This document shows positions 40,095 to 50,654 of a DNA stretch of 64,000 bases, in pieces (position 1 is the first letter of the stretch; every line of letters starts with the position of its first letter). This stretch comes from Ostreococcus lucimarinus. Lineage: Eukaryota. Location of the stretch: the NCBI GenBank assembly GCA_000092065.1, contig CP000597.1, one strand, 5' to 3'. The translations under genes and the position numbers were made by a program. The notes under the pieces are model-generated. The model searched no databases, was not told the DNA's origin, and worked only from the letters and a program-made list of their open reading frames with translations.

Positions 40095-42113
40095 ATGTTC
40101 GAGCGCGGCGCGCTCGCGCGGCTCGGACGACGCGCGGTCGAGCGCGCGCGCGCGCCGGCGCTCCGTCCAGAGCGCGGCGCGGCCGGCGCGGCGCACGCGC
40201 GGCGACGACGCGCGCGCGCGACGACGACGACGACGACGATGACGTCGAAACCTTTGGACCTGCACGACTCGTTCGAGGACGCGGCGCGACGCGCGGGCGC
40301 GCAGACGTGGATCGAAAGCCTGGACGAGGACCCGGAATCGAGCGCGCGCGCGCCGAACCGAACGTCGCGAGAGGTGAGATCGGGGCACTACGTGGAGGTC
40401 GAGCCCGAGGCGCTGGCGAACCCTCGCGCGCGGTTGGCGTCGACGACGTGCGCGGAGGCGATCGGGTTTAAAATCGCGCGAGAGTGCGAAAACTTGGAGG
40501 ATGGGTTCGTGAAATATTTCAGCGGTGACGTCGGGGGGGCGCGGGAGACGACGATGCGGACGTGGGCGACGCCGTACGCGCTGAGCATCATGGGACAGCG
40601 GATGACGAGCAACTGTCCGTTCGGAAACGGGAACGGGTACGGCGATGGACGCGCGATTTCGGTGGGAGAGATGGTGAATCCGGTGACTGGACAGAGGTAT
40701 GAGCTCCAGTTGAAGGGGGGGGGGCGGACGCCGTTTTGTCGCGGCGCGGATGGACGCGCGGTGTTGAGGAGTTCGATTCGAGAATTTTTGGCGAGCGAGG
40801 CGATGCACGCGTTGGGGGTGGATACGACGCGGGCGTTGTGTTTGATCGAAAGCGTTCGCGGGACGACGGCGCGAAGGCCCTGGTACAGCCCGACGAGCGA
40901 CGAGGAACACGCCAAGCGCGTGCCCACGGTGGATGACCCGAGACTGAAGGATTACCCGCCCGAGCAACGCGTGGAAATCGTGGAAATGTTAAAGCAACAG
41001 AAACGCGATCCGGACATCATGATACAAGAGCCGTGCGCGATCACGACGCGCGTTGCGCCGAGTTTCATGCGCATCGGGCACATTGATCTGTTTTCGCGAC
41101 GCGCGACGGCGCCTCGAGCGACGGCGCTTCAGAAGGAACAGCTCAAGAAAATCATTCGCCACGCGGCGTTTCGAGAGTTCCCAGAGACTATCGAAGAGCA
41201 CGGAGAAGACATGGCGAAAGTCACTCGATCGATGCTCGAAAAATCTGGCAAGAAAATAGCGAAAATGGTCGCGGGATGGATCCGCGTCGGGTTTTGTCAA
41301 GGAAATTTTAACGCCGACAACTGTCTCGTCGGCGGACGAACGATGGATTACGGCCCCTTTGGTTTCATGGACAAGTACGACCCCTCGTTCGCCAAGTGGA
41401 CGGGGAGCGGTGATCACTTTGCGTTCATGGCGCAACCCAAAGCTGGGCTCACGAATTTCGCCGTGCTGGCGGTTTCGTGCGCGCCTTTACTCGCGGGCGG
41501 CTCGGACGAGGCGACGGAGCTCGTGCGCGAGATGGAGGCGACGTTTGAGAACGAACTCAACGACGTCTTCCGCGCCAAGCTCGGGTTTGCGCCGAACGAA
41601 GACTCAGTGCGCGTCGCGCGCGACTTGTTCCGCTCAGAAAATGGTCTCGAAGGTTTGATGTACGAGAGCCAGGCGGATTGGACGGTGACTTGGAGACGGC
41701 TCGCGGAGTGCGCCGAAGTCGCCGACGAGAGCGACGACGAGGCGCTTCTCGCCCCGTTGCTGGAGACGTGCTTTTACGGTAATTCGATGAATGATGAGCG
41801 CAAAGCGAGCTGGTGCGCCTTCATACGTCGATGGAGAGACGCACTGAAGGCGTCTGGGACGTCGCTCGCCGACGCAGCGAAGCGCATGCGCTCGGAGAAT
41901 CCAAAGTACGTCTTGCGCGAGCACTTGCTCGTCGATGCGTACACCAAAGCCTCCGACGGCGACTTTTCGCTCGCTGAAGAGTTGTTTGAGCTCACGCAGC
42001 ACCCGTACGGGGGTGAAGGCGACGATGCGAAGTACGACGCAAAGTATTTTGTCAAGGCGCCCGAGGAGGCGCTGACGTCTGGCGGCGTCGCGTTCATGTC
42101 TTGATCCTCGTAA
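40095..42113 (+). CDS. SELENOO: SelO (protein adenylyltransferase/AMPylator, YdiU family). Probable selenoprotein: ORF TGA at 42102-42104 read as Sec, then Ser-Ser-TAA
   Basis: NPVTGQRYELQLKGGGRTPFCRGADGRAVLRSSIREFLASEAMHALGVDTTRAL closely matches the SelO/YdiU catalytic core. Eukaryotic SelO selenoproteins carry Sec at the antepenultimate position; here ...FMS-TGA-TCC-TCG-TAA. Candidate SECIS at 42212-42265. N-terminus (from 40095) resembles a mitochondrial presequence. Confidence 0.8.
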
Positions 42114-42211
42114 GCGAGTCCACTGTTCTTTGAACGGGCTCGCGCGGTCGCAAACGATTGAATTGATTAGTACGCTCGGTGTCGTTCACATCTCCACCCA
42201 CTACGGTGGAA

Positions 42212-42265
42212 GACGTGACGCGACGACTCGAAACGCGTTTTTAACGCGCGAGCCGTCGCCGATTT
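42212..42265 (+). other. candidate SECIS element (form 2) in the SelO 3' UTR
   Basis: GUGAC (UGA 42216-42218) / 11-nt strand GCGACGACUCG / AAAC / mini-stem GCG-UUUUUAA-CGC / CGAGCCGUCGC (pairs with the 5' strand, one A-C mismatch) / C-GA-U. The core quartet UGA..GA, the conserved AAA 12 nt after the quartet, and a TGTAA about 25 nt downstream all fit. Confidence 0.5.
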
Positions 42266-42308
42266 TTTGGAACGACCCAAATTCGTTTTGTAACGCTAAA
42301 TTACATTG

Positions 42309-43628
42309 CTAAAGCGATCCCAACTCCGTGGCTTGAATTCGAGTGTACTGCACCACGGGACGACCCGATCCGAACATGATGCCGTCTCGCCACCATAAGT
42401 ACGCGGTGACGGCGATAATGGACGAGAGAAGAACGATGAAGCACGCCAACCAAAGCGAGCCTCCGACCGCCGTCCCGTGTCGTCTCAACGCCTCCTTGCG
42501 ATGTTCGACTTGATCGGGATCTACAGGTGGAGGCGGCGGTGGTGGCGACGGATCCGCCGTCGGACTCGCTTGCCCGAGCGGTGTCCGCAGCGCGCTCGCG
42601 CAAAACGCCAAAGTCGCCGAGACGTCGATGTCTCTTCGAGTCTTTTCCTCGTTCACGGCCGCCACGCACACCGTCTTGATGCGATCGTTCGCGCTCAAAT
42701 CGCACCCTTCACGACTTTTCACGTCGTCGTATTCGTATTTTGACATCAACGCCGCGCCGAGCGCTCGAGCGCACGCCTCGGTCTCGCGCTCGCCCTCCCC
42801 CGCGCCGACTAAATCGCTCGACTCGCACGCCCTCGTCGCGTCTTCCACCCCTCGCGCTAAACCAGCGTCGACGTGCGCCTCGACGACGCCGAATCGGCAC
42901 GAACGCACGCCATCCACACCATTCGCCCTACCGCACGCCTCCCACGCGTCTCGCGTCGCCCTCTCGACCGCCTTCGTCGCCCTTCGCGTCGCCCGACCGA
43001 CGGCGCGCGCGCACGTCCCGTACTTCCCCCCCCCAACCTCATCGCACGTCCTCAGCGCTCGCTCCACCACCGCCTCGACGTCCCCATTCGTCATCTCTCC
43101 CACGATGCGCTCCACCACGCGCTCGAGCACGCCCTCGACGCACCCTCCCTCGCACGTCGCGTCCGCGTCGTCGCCGCACGCGCTCGCCCCCCCGTCCCCC
43201 CTCGCCTCGTCGTACGCCCGCTCCCGCCCGATCGCCCGCCCGACGCCCGCGCACGTCCCCAACAGCGCCTTTCGCGCCCCCGTCTCGCCCTCGTTCGGCG
43301 TCTCCATCGCGCGCGTCGTCGTCGCTCTCGCCGCGCACGTCGCCGCCGCCGCGTCCCGCGCGCCGTCGCGACATCGCGTCAGCAGCGCCTCCGTCGCGCA
43401 CGCCTCGCGGTCGGCGCTCGACGCGCACGTCGCCGCGATCTCGTCCGCGACCTCGCTCCACGTCGTCGGCGCCCGCGCGTCGTCGAGACGAGACGCGCGA
43501 AGATTCGGATTCGTCGCGCGCGGCGCGATCGCGCGCGCGCTCGCTCGCGTCGCCGTCGCGCCCCGCGCGAGCGCGGCGACGCAGACGACGCAGACGGCGA
43601 TCGCGCGTCGACGCGCGCCGTCGCGCAT
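42309..43628 (-). CDS. type I membrane protein, hypothetical: signal peptide, Cys-rich ectodomain, poly-Pro linker (PPPPPPPVDP), one TM helix, short tail
   Basis: 1.3 kb codon-biased ORF with these features read directly. Confidence 0.5.
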   Translation of the reverse strand: MRDGARRRAIAVCVVCVAALARGATATRASARAIAPRATNPNLRASRLDDARAPTTWSEVADEIAATCASSADREACATEALLTRCRDGARDAAAATCAARATTTRAMETPNEGETGARKALLGTCAGVGRAIGRERAYDEARGDGGASACGDDADATCEGGCVEGVLERVVERIVGEMTNGDVEAVVERALRTCDEVGGGKYGTCARAVGRATRRATKAVERATRDAWEACGRANGVDGVRSCRFGVVEAHVDAGLARGVEDATRACESSDLVGAGEGERETEACARALGAALMSKYEYDDVKSREGCDLSANDRIKTVCVAAVNEEKTRRDIDVSATLAFCASALRTPLGQASPTADPSPPPPPPPVDPDQVEHRKEALRRHGTAVGGSLWLACFIVLLSSIIAVTAYLWWRDGIMFGSGRPVVQYTRIQATELGSL

Positions 43629-43682
43629 CTCGTCTCGACGTCGCGACGTCGCGATGTGCCGTCGCGGTGATTTCGCGACGCG

Positions 43683-44969
43683 ATGGCGAACGGCGACGCG
43701 CGGCGACGGCGCGCGCGCGTCGACGTCGGCGACGCGACGCGCGACGAATCGCGCGACGCGATCGCCGTCGCGCTCGACGGCGACGCGTTCGGACGCGACG
43801 CGACGCGACGCGCGACGAACGCGCTGGCGACGCTGCGAGATTACGACGACGGGGGAGACGACGACGACGACGAGATCGCGCGCGACGACGGGACGAACGA
43901 GGCGTTACCGCTCGGGTGGAAACGCGCGATCGACGCCGCGAGCGGGCGAGGGTACTACTACAACAAGTCCCTGAACGCGTCGTCGTGGACGCGGCCGACG
44001 ACGACGACGACGACGAGGGAACGAGGGACGACGAAGGGACGCGAAGGCGACGATGGGGGAGACGGCGAAGACGACGAAACGAACGACGCGACGTTAAACG
44101 CGCGGGCGCGCGCGAGAGGGTTGATGGAGGCGTACGAGGCGAGGTGCGCGGACGTGGGCGCGCGGGCGGCGGCGACGCCGAGCGCGGCGCTGCGATACGC
44201 CGAGTTGATGGAGGTCGTGAACGGACGACGCGACGACGTGGGGGCGGAGAGATTGCGAGCGATCGAGCGAGGGATGGATGCGGACGTCGAGGCGTACGAG
44301 GCGTGGACGAGGGAGGCGGAGGAAGAGACGGCGCGCGAGGAGGCGGCGGCGACGACGAGGGAGGGCGAGGCGGACGCGGCGGAAGCGGCGGAAGCGGTCG
44401 TCGTCGACGCGCGCGCGAAGGGGACGATACGTCGACCTCCGGCGCCGCCGTTACCGACGCACGAAGCGTTCGTCGCGCCGCCGGCGCCGCCGGCGAAGAA
44501 ACCAAAGCGCTCCGCGGCGGCGGCGCTGAGCCACGCCAAGAGACTCGGGGGCGACGTTCAGAAGTGGGCCAAGCTGCGCGACGTGGAAGCGGAAGACGCG
44601 AGGCCCGCGAAGGCGAGCGAACGCATGGAGGCCGAACGCGCGCGCGAGCTCGAGGAATGGCGAAAGGATCGCATTCGAGACGGCGTCGATGGGTCGAAGA
44701 ATCCAAACTTTTTACCCGTCGGCGACTGGCGCGCGCGCGTCAAAGCGGCGGCGGCGAAGACCAAACTCGAGGAGTTTCGCGCGCGCCGAGAGGATCAAGC
44801 GCGAGTGAATAAAACGGCGACGATAGAACGGTCGAACGCAGACGACGCGAGCGCAGAGCTCGAAGCGCCGCTTCCACCCGGCTGGCGCGCCTTCGTCGAC
44901 GACGAATCGGGCCGCGTCTACTTCGGCAACTTTGACACGAAGCGAACGACGTGGGAACGACCGCGGTAG
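43683..44969 (+). CDS. protein with two WW domains (one N-terminal, one C-terminal) and a charged middle
   Basis: LPLGWKRAIDAASGRGYYYNKSLNASSWTRP and LPPGWRAFVDDESGRVYFGNFDTKRTTWERP are canonical WW domains. The overlapping 690-aa and 555-aa Arg-rich ORFs are artefacts. Confidence 0.7.
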   Translation: MANGDARRRRARVDVGDATRDESRDAIAVALDGDAFGRDATRRATNALATLRDYDDGGDDDDDEIARDDGTNEALPLGWKRAIDAASGRGYYYNKSLNASSWTRPTTTTTTRERGTTKGREGDDGGDGEDDETNDATLNARARARGLMEAYEARCADVGARAAATPSAALRYAELMEVVNGRRDDVGAERLRAIERGMDADVEAYEAWTREAEEETAREEAAATTREGEADAAEAAEAVVVDARAKGTIRRPPAPPLPTHEAFVAPPAPPAKKPKRSAAAALSHAKRLGGDVQKWAKLRDVEAEDARPAKASERMEAERARELEEWRKDRIRDGVDGSKNPNFLPVGDWRARVKAAAAKTKLEEFRARREDQARVNKTATIERSNADDASAELEAPLPPGWRAFVDDESGRVYFGNFDTKRTTWERPR

Positions 44970-45056
44970 CGAAATCTTAGAAAACATAGACCTAGCGATG
45001 CGTAAAATAGAAAATCTAGCAAAAACTACTCATACCCGCGAGAACTACCCGCGCGT

Positions 45057-45992
45057 CTAATCCGCGGCTTCGGCGGGCTTTTCTTCGTCGTTTTTCTTCG
45101 TTCCCGGCGCCGGCGCGTTACCGTTCGCCGTCGCCTTTGCGTGCTCCCGGTCCTCTTTCGTCATCGCCACCATGCGCAGATTATACTTGCACAACTTTTC
45201 GTAGTCTTGCACCACGGAAAGACACGCGACGCCCTTGACGATCTCCACCATGATGGTCAAGTCTGGGTCTCCCAGGTTCACCTTGTTCGGCGGCTGTTCA
45301 ATCATCCCCGCGATGGCTTCGATCACCTCCGTTCTGTGCAGCGTGTTATTCGACCGACGTTCGAACGCGATCGCGAACGTCTGCTCTCTCCCACTCTTGA
45401 AATGTTTCTCGATCAGCGGTTTACACGCCTCCTTGATCTCATCCACCCCCGCGAAGCACGTCGTCTCCACCGGCACGACGCGCATGGCGTGTCGCGAAAA
45501 CGTCACATTCGTATCCCTCGCTCGCTCCAAGTCCGCCTTCACCAGCGCCGCGACGTCCGCGACGTCCACGACCTCCTTCGACGCTCGCACGAACGTGCAC
45601 GCGCGCATGTCGAGCGATATTTCCTTAAACAGAGGATTCTTTCCCGCCTCGCGCAGTTCCTCCAGCTCCGCCGCGAGCGCGTCGCCCGCGTCGCCCGCGT
45701 CCTCAGCTTTCGTCTCCGCCGTCGCCGCGCCCGTCGCCGCGTCGCTCGCGCCATCCGCGCCCTCGCTCTCTTCCCTCGCGCGCTTCCGCGCGCGCTCGTG
45801 CTGCTCGCCGAGGTTCCTCGCGACGTCTCGCGCCGCGCTTCGCTCCTTCCCGCCGTCGCACGTCACGATGACGCCGCGCGCGCCGTACGGAATCGTCCCG
45901 CCGCTCGCGTGCGAGCTCTTGAACCACTTCGCCTTCTTTTGGCGCCCGCGCTGGGCGCCATCGCGCGCGCGCTCGCGCTTGCCGTCGCGCAT
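45057..45992 (-). CDS. THUMPD1: THUMP domain-containing protein 1 (THUMPD1/Tan1-like)
   Basis: GVIVTCDGGKERSAARDVARNL...NPLFKEISLDMRACTFVRA...MRVVPVETTCFAGVDEIKEACKPLIEKHF...QTFAIAFERRSNNTLHRTEVIEAIAGMI...DLTIMVEIVKGVACLSVVQDYEKLCKYNL matches THUMPD1 throughout. Confidence 0.75.
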   Translation of the reverse strand: MRDGKRERARDGAQRGRQKKAKWFKSSHASGGTIPYGARGVIVTCDGGKERSAARDVARNLGEQHERARKRAREESEGADGASDAATGAATAETKAEDAGDAGDALAAELEELREAGKNPLFKEISLDMRACTFVRASKEVVDVADVAALVKADLERARDTNVTFSRHAMRVVPVETTCFAGVDEIKEACKPLIEKHFKSGREQTFAIAFERRSNNTLHRTEVIEAIAGMIEQPPNKVNLGDPDLTIMVEIVKGVACLSVVQDYEKLCKYNLRMVAMTKEDREHAKATANGNAPAPGTKKNDEEKPAEAAD

Positions 45993-46054
45993 CGTCGCGT
46001 CGCGGTGTGGCGGCGCGCGATCGATGTCGCACTTCTCGACGCGCGCGCGCGCGC

Positions 46055-46657
46055 ATGGCGTCGCGAGGCGCCCACGTCCCGGGCACCGACGGCAGCGACC
46101 ACGCGTTTCGTCAGCGCGTCGTCGACAGGTACCAAAACTACGCCACGGCGCGCCGAAGGGCGAAAGTTTTGTTGCGCGCGCACGCGCTCGTCGCGATGGC
46201 GTTCGCGATGTGCACCGCGCTCGGCGCGTTCGCGACGCGCGGGATGCGCCTGGGGGCGACGTTTGACTCGAGAACGACGGCGACGCTGATGGCGGGGGTG
46301 ATGGCGTGCGCGCTCGCGGCGCACGGCGCGCGAGCGGTGGACGATAAGCGCGGGACGGGGGGGACGAGGACGTGCGCGCTCGCGCTCGGCGCGCTCGGCG
46401 CGGCGCACGGAGCGTTCGGGACGTACGCGCGGTGGGTCGGGATCGACGAGATCGGGTCGCCGGCGTGGATGTGGGCGGAACTGACGTCGATGGCGATCGG
46501 GAAAGCGCTCGGCGCGACGTGGGTGTCGCCGGGGATGTGCTATCCCGCGTGCGTCAACGCGGAGACGCTCGCGGAGATGTTCATGATCGGGACGCCGCTG
46601 GGGGTGTACGCGATGTGCGTCGGGATCGATAGTCATCACGGGCGGAAGAATAAGTGA
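46055..46657 (+). CDS. hypothetical multi-pass membrane protein (~200 aa, about four hydrophobic segments)
   Basis: Codon-biased ORF 46007..46657. Start moved to ATG 46055 (MASRGAHV) because 46007 is only 15 bp from the THUMPD1 start codon. Confidence 0.4.
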   Translation: MASRGAHVPGTDGSDHAFRQRVVDRYQNYATARRRAKVLLRAHALVAMAFAMCTALGAFATRGMRLGATFDSRTTATLMAGVMACALAAHGARAVDDKRGTGGTRTCALALGALGAAHGAFGTYARWVGIDEIGSPAWMWAELTSMAIGKALGATWVSPGMCYPACVNAETLAEMFMIGTPLGVYAMCVGIDSHHGRKNK

Positions 46658-46699
46658 GCGCGCTTTATTATTCACGAGGGTGACGGACGTTTCGCGAGT

Positions 46700-47896
46700 C
46701 TACGCGCGCGCGGGCGTCGACGACGCCCACGCGCGAGGCGAACGCAAGGCGTCGACGAGTCTACTCTCGGGCGAACCCGGTTCGGGCTTGACGTCGTAAT
46801 CCCACCGCACGCGCGGTGGTGCGCTCACCATGATGGCTTCGATGCGTCCGCCGTCCAGGCCGAAGCGCACGCCGCGATCGTACAAGAGATTGAACTCGAT
46901 GTAACGTCCGCGACGCTGGTGGTGCCATCGCTCCTGCGCCTCGCCGTACGGTTCGTCTCGTCGACGATGGACGATGGGGAGGTAGGAATTCAACCATTCG
47001 TCCGCGATCGCGCGCGTGAACGCCTCGGCGTCGGTGACGCCGCGCACGCGCGCGCCCTGATCCGATGTCTCGCCGGTTTCCAAGTCGTCGAAGAAGACGC
47101 CGCCGACGCCGCGATGTTCCCTTCGCGCGGGAATGTAAAAGTATTCATCGCACCACTCCTTGCACGCCTCGTACACCCCGTGTTCGCTCGGCGCGCTGTC
47201 GTACGCATCGCACACCGCCTCGTACTTGTCGTGAAACTCGCTCGCGTCGTCCTCGAACAAATAATATGGCGTCAAATCCGCGCCGCCGCCGTACCACGCC
47301 TTACCGCCGACTCGAAACCTGCGCACGTCCGCGCGAAACGTCGGCACCATGGGCGACCGCGGATGAAACACTAACGACAGCGCGCACGCTTCGTACGCTT
47401 GTCCGCCGCTCGGATCGATCTCTTGCCGTCCTCGGCTCGACATCGCCTTCGCGCGTTCCGCCGTGAGCGTCCCGCGAATGATGGACACGTTCGCCGCCGC
47501 CTTCTCGAACACTCGTCCGCCCTCGAGCACGCGCGTGAGCCCGTACCCGTCGGCTTTCGTGCCTCGCTCCCAGTAGTCCTCGCAAAACCCGATCCCGTCG
47601 CCCTCGACCGCCGCGAGCGCTTCGCAAAGTTCGCGCTGCTTATCCAAAAGAAAATCTTCAAAAGAATCCAAATCGACGCCGCTCGCGACGTCGCGCGCGC
47701 TCGACGCGACGCGGCGTCGCGACGACGTCGCCGTCGTGCTCGCACCGCGCTCGCGCCGTCGTCGCTCGCTCGCGCGCGCGATCGCGGTGCCGGAGACCGT
47801 CGCGCGGGACATGGCGGCGCCGACGAGTGCGGCGTCCGCGGCGTCGACCGACGCGATCGGACGCGCCGCGATCGTTCGCTCGCGCGCGCGTTTCAT
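46700..47896 (-). CDS. CPOX: oxygen-dependent coproporphyrinogen III oxidase (HemF/CPOX), plastid type
   Basis: ...GGGADLTPYYLFEDDASEFHDKYEAVCD...RGRYIEFNLLYDRGVRFGLDGGRIEAIMVSAPP... diagnostic of HemF. Start at ATG = revcomp of 47894-47896, because the upstream gene on the same strand ends at 47935. Confidence 0.9.
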   Translation of the reverse strand: MKRARERTIAARPIASVDAADAALVGAAMSRATVSGTAIARASERRRRERGASTTATSSRRRVASSARDVASGVDLDSFEDFLLDKQRELCEALAAVEGDGIGFCEDYWERGTKADGYGLTRVLEGGRVFEKAAANVSIIRGTLTAERAKAMSSRGRQEIDPSGGQAYEACALSLVFHPRSPMVPTFRADVRRFRVGGKAWYGGGADLTPYYLFEDDASEFHDKYEAVCDAYDSAPSEHGVYEACKEWCDEYFYIPARREHRGVGGVFFDDLETGETSDQGARVRGVTDAEAFTRAIADEWLNSYLPIVHRRRDEPYGEAQERWHHQRRGRYIEFNLLYDRGVRFGLDGGRIEAIMVSAPPRVRWDYDVKPEPGSPESRLVDALRSPRAWASSTPARA

Positions 47897-47934
47897 TCTA
47901 TTACTAGCTAAGCTACATCGCTCTCGCGATCCGT

Positions 47935-48651
47935 CTAACGCGACGCCCCGAAGCCGCCGCGCGCCGCGTCGTCGGCGTCGTCCGCCGTCAACTGTCCCGG
48001 CAGCCGCGCGCACCCCGGATTAAATATCGAGTACGCGCTCGCCTCGCCCGGTCGTCGCCGCCCTAAATTCCCGCACACGAGCGCGAATCCCGTGAGCAGC
48101 ACGAACGGCGGTCCCGCGTCGATCGCCGCCGCGCACCGCGCGCACGCCGCCCAGCACGCGACGCGAAGCGCCGGAAATCGCGCGACGACGTTCGCCGTCC
48201 ACCGCGCCGTCCCGAGCCTCTCCCGCATGAACGTCTCCGCGCGCTTTCGCGTCCCCGTCAACGGTACTACTAAATCGTCGTCCTCGTCCTCGCGCTCGTC
48301 CTCGCGCTCGCGCGTCGTTCGTCGTCGCGCTTCCTCGCTCGCGCCGTCGTCCCGCCTTCGCGTCGTCGTCGCCGTCACCGTCGCCCCGTCCTCGATCCCG
48401 ATCGCCTCGACCGTCGCGTTCGACGTCGCGCTCAGCGCGCGTCCCTCGTGCTCGAACGCGACGTCCGCCGTCGTCGCGCCCGGCGCGCACCGCGCGAGCA
48501 TCGCGTCGACGAGTTCGCGCTCGCGCGCGTCCGAACGCGTCTCCACGCGCGTCGCGACGACGTCGTCGACGAGCGTCCCGCGCGACGTCGCGCGCACCGT
48601 CACGCGCACGCGTCGACGCGAATGTTCGTCTCCCGCGATCGCGCGCGCCAT
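47935..48651 (-). CDS. hypothetical protein with a ubiquitin-like domain followed by hydrophobic (TM-like) segments
   Basis: VRVTVRATSRGTLVDDVVATRVETRSD...EAIGIEDGATVTA has a ubiquitin-fold-like pattern, then ...FPALRVACWAACARCAAAIDAGPPFVLLTGFALVCGNLG. Assignment tentative. Confidence 0.4.
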   Translation of the reverse strand: MARAIAGDEHSRRRVRVTVRATSRGTLVDDVVATRVETRSDARERELVDAMLARCAPGATTADVAFEHEGRALSATSNATVEAIGIEDGATVTATTTRRRDDGASEEARRRTTREREDEREDEDDDLVVPLTGTRKRAETFMRERLGTARWTANVVARFPALRVACWAACARCAAAIDAGPPFVLLTGFALVCGNLGRRRPGEASAYSIFNPGCARLPGQLTADDADDAARGGFGASR

Positions 48652-48850
48652 CGCGTCGTCGACGAGTGCCGCGGCGTCGTCGGCGGACGCGCGCGCGGAT
48701 TCGATGTCGCCGCACTCGTCGCCGCGCGATCTCGACGATCGCGGGCGTCGTCGGACGACGCGCGCGCCGCACGCGCCGCGCGCGCCGCGCTCTTCGCGCG
48801 CGCGTCGCGTCGAACGATCGGTCGAGCGGGGACGAGACGCGCGACGCGAA

Positions 48851-48877
48851 TCTGAATTCTGAATTCTGAATTCTGAA
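48851..48877. repeat. (TCTGAAT)4 heptamer microsatellite in the divergent promoter between 47935..48651 (-) and 48896..50515 (+)
   Basis: direct reading. Confidence 0.9.
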
Positions 48878-48895
48878 TCCGCGGCGATTCGGACG

Positions 48896-50515
48896 ATGCG
48901 CGAGCGACGGCTGGGGACGAGCGATGGGACGACGACGCGCGAGGACTTTGGGGCGGATCGATTGCTGATCGACGTGGCGAATTACGTCGTCGGGTACGAG
49001 ATCAAGTCGAGGGACGCGGTGAAGACGGCGAGGCACGCGATAATGGATTTCGTCGCGTGCGCGCTGCGGGGAGGAAGCGATCCGGGGTGCGCGAAATTAC
49101 TCGGACCGTGCGTGCCGGGAATCGAGTGCAAGCACGGAGCGCACGTGCCGGGGACGGAGTATTATCTCGATCCCGTGACGGCGACGTTTAACGCGACGAC
49201 GTGCGCGCGGTGGTTGGATTACAACGATTCGTTTTACGGCGCGGAGTGGGCGCATCCGAGCGACACGATTGGGGCGATTTTGAGCGTCAGCGAGTACGTC
49301 AGTCGATTGAGGAACGATCGCGGGCTGAGCGTGCTGAGCATGCGAGACGTCATCGTGGCGACGATCAAGGCGTACGAAATCGTCGGCGTGCTCGCGCTCG
49401 AGAACTCGTTCAATCAGATTGGCGTCGATCACGGACTGTTGACTCGCGTCGCCGTGGCCGCAGTGACGACGTCCATGCTCGGTGGTGGGCGATTAGAGGT
49501 GATGTACGCCACTTCGCAGGCTTTCATCGACGGCAGCGGTTTGCGATGCTTCCGACATTACCCGTGCGCGGGGACGCGAAAGGGTTGGGCGGCGGGAGAT
49601 AACGCCGCCCGAGGCGTCACTTTAGCGTTGATGACGATGAGAGGCGAAATAGGATATCTTGGTGCGCTGTCAGCGCCGGTTTGGGGATTCAACGACGTGT
49701 TTTACCGGCGTCAAGACATCGTGCTCAAGCGAGACTTTGGGGAATTCGTCATGGAAAACGTCGTCTTCAAGCCGTCGTTTCCGAGCGAGATTCACGCTCA
49801 AACCGCCATCGAGGCCGCGTTTCGATTGCATCCGCAAGTCGTCCACCGCGTGGACGAGGTTCACAGCGTCGCGGTTCACACCACACGTAGCGCTGTACGA
49901 TGCATCGATAAGACCGGGCCGCTGAACGGGCCCGCGGATCGCGATCACTGCTTGCAGTACGCCGTCGCCGTCGCGCTCCTGTACGGGAATATGACATCAG
50001 ATCATTACGAAGACTCCGTGGCGAGCGACCCGCGAGTGGATGAAATGAGACGCAAAATTCTCATCGCAGAAAATCCACAATACAGCGCCGATTACGTTGA
50101 TCCAGATCGCCGTTCTTGTTCGAATTCGATTCAAGTGCACTTTAAGGATCGCACGAGCACGAACAAGTTTGAGGTCGAGTACCCAGTTGGACATCGTCGC
50201 AGAAGAATGGAGGGGTTTCCAGCGTTAGAAAAGAAGTTCATATCGTCTTTACACACAAAGTTTCCACCGGAGCGTGCGGGATTCATCTTTGAACGAGTCA
50301 CCGACGCGCAAATTTTCGACGCCTTGACACCGATGGACTTCATGGAATTGTTCAACGCCACGCCGCATCCCGTGCTCTTACCGCCGATGCGCGCGGCACC
50401 TGGAGTTTTTGATTACACTCCGATAGATAGTCGAGCGTCGACCCTAGTTCCTCGTCTCACGGATGGTACCGCAGAGACTCGAGCGGTGGGAGACGGCGCA
50501 GACGCGCGCGGTTAG
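48896..50515 (+). CDS. MmgE/PrpD family protein (2-methylcitrate dehydratase / cis-aconitate decarboxylase family)
   Basis: Full-length similarity to PrpD architecture (N-terminal helical domain ...DFVACALRGGSDPG...; C-terminal ...HSVAVHTTRSAV...). 539 aa is typical. Confidence 0.75.
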   Translation: MRERRLGTSDGTTTREDFGADRLLIDVANYVVGYEIKSRDAVKTARHAIMDFVACALRGGSDPGCAKLLGPCVPGIECKHGAHVPGTEYYLDPVTATFNATTCARWLDYNDSFYGAEWAHPSDTIGAILSVSEYVSRLRNDRGLSVLSMRDVIVATIKAYEIVGVLALENSFNQIGVDHGLLTRVAVAAVTTSMLGGGRLEVMYATSQAFIDGSGLRCFRHYPCAGTRKGWAAGDNAARGVTLALMTMRGEIGYLGALSAPVWGFNDVFYRRQDIVLKRDFGEFVMENVVFKPSFPSEIHAQTAIEAAFRLHPQVVHRVDEVHSVAVHTTRSAVRCIDKTGPLNGPADRDHCLQYAVAVALLYGNMTSDHYEDSVASDPRVDEMRRKILIAENPQYSADYVDPDRRSCSNSIQVHFKDRTSTNKFEVEYPVGHRRRRMEGFPALEKKFISSLHTKFPPERAGFIFERVTDAQIFDALTPMDFMELFNATPHPVLLPPMRAAPGVFDYTPIDSRASTLVPRLTDGTAETRAVGDGADARG

Positions 50516-50617
50516 CAACGCTTCGGCGACACCCCTTGTTGTAATGGTAGCATGAAACACGAACGCGAGCCGTCAGCGATTGAGTTTGCGCCAAGCAATC
50601 GAAACGACGCGATTTAG

Positions 50618-50654
50618 TGATGCGATTCAGTGATGCGATTCAGTGATGCGATGG
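50618..50654. repeat. 13-bp tandem repeat (GTGATGCGATTCA)x3 in the 3' region of the PrpD-family gene
   Basis: direct reading. Confidence 0.85.
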
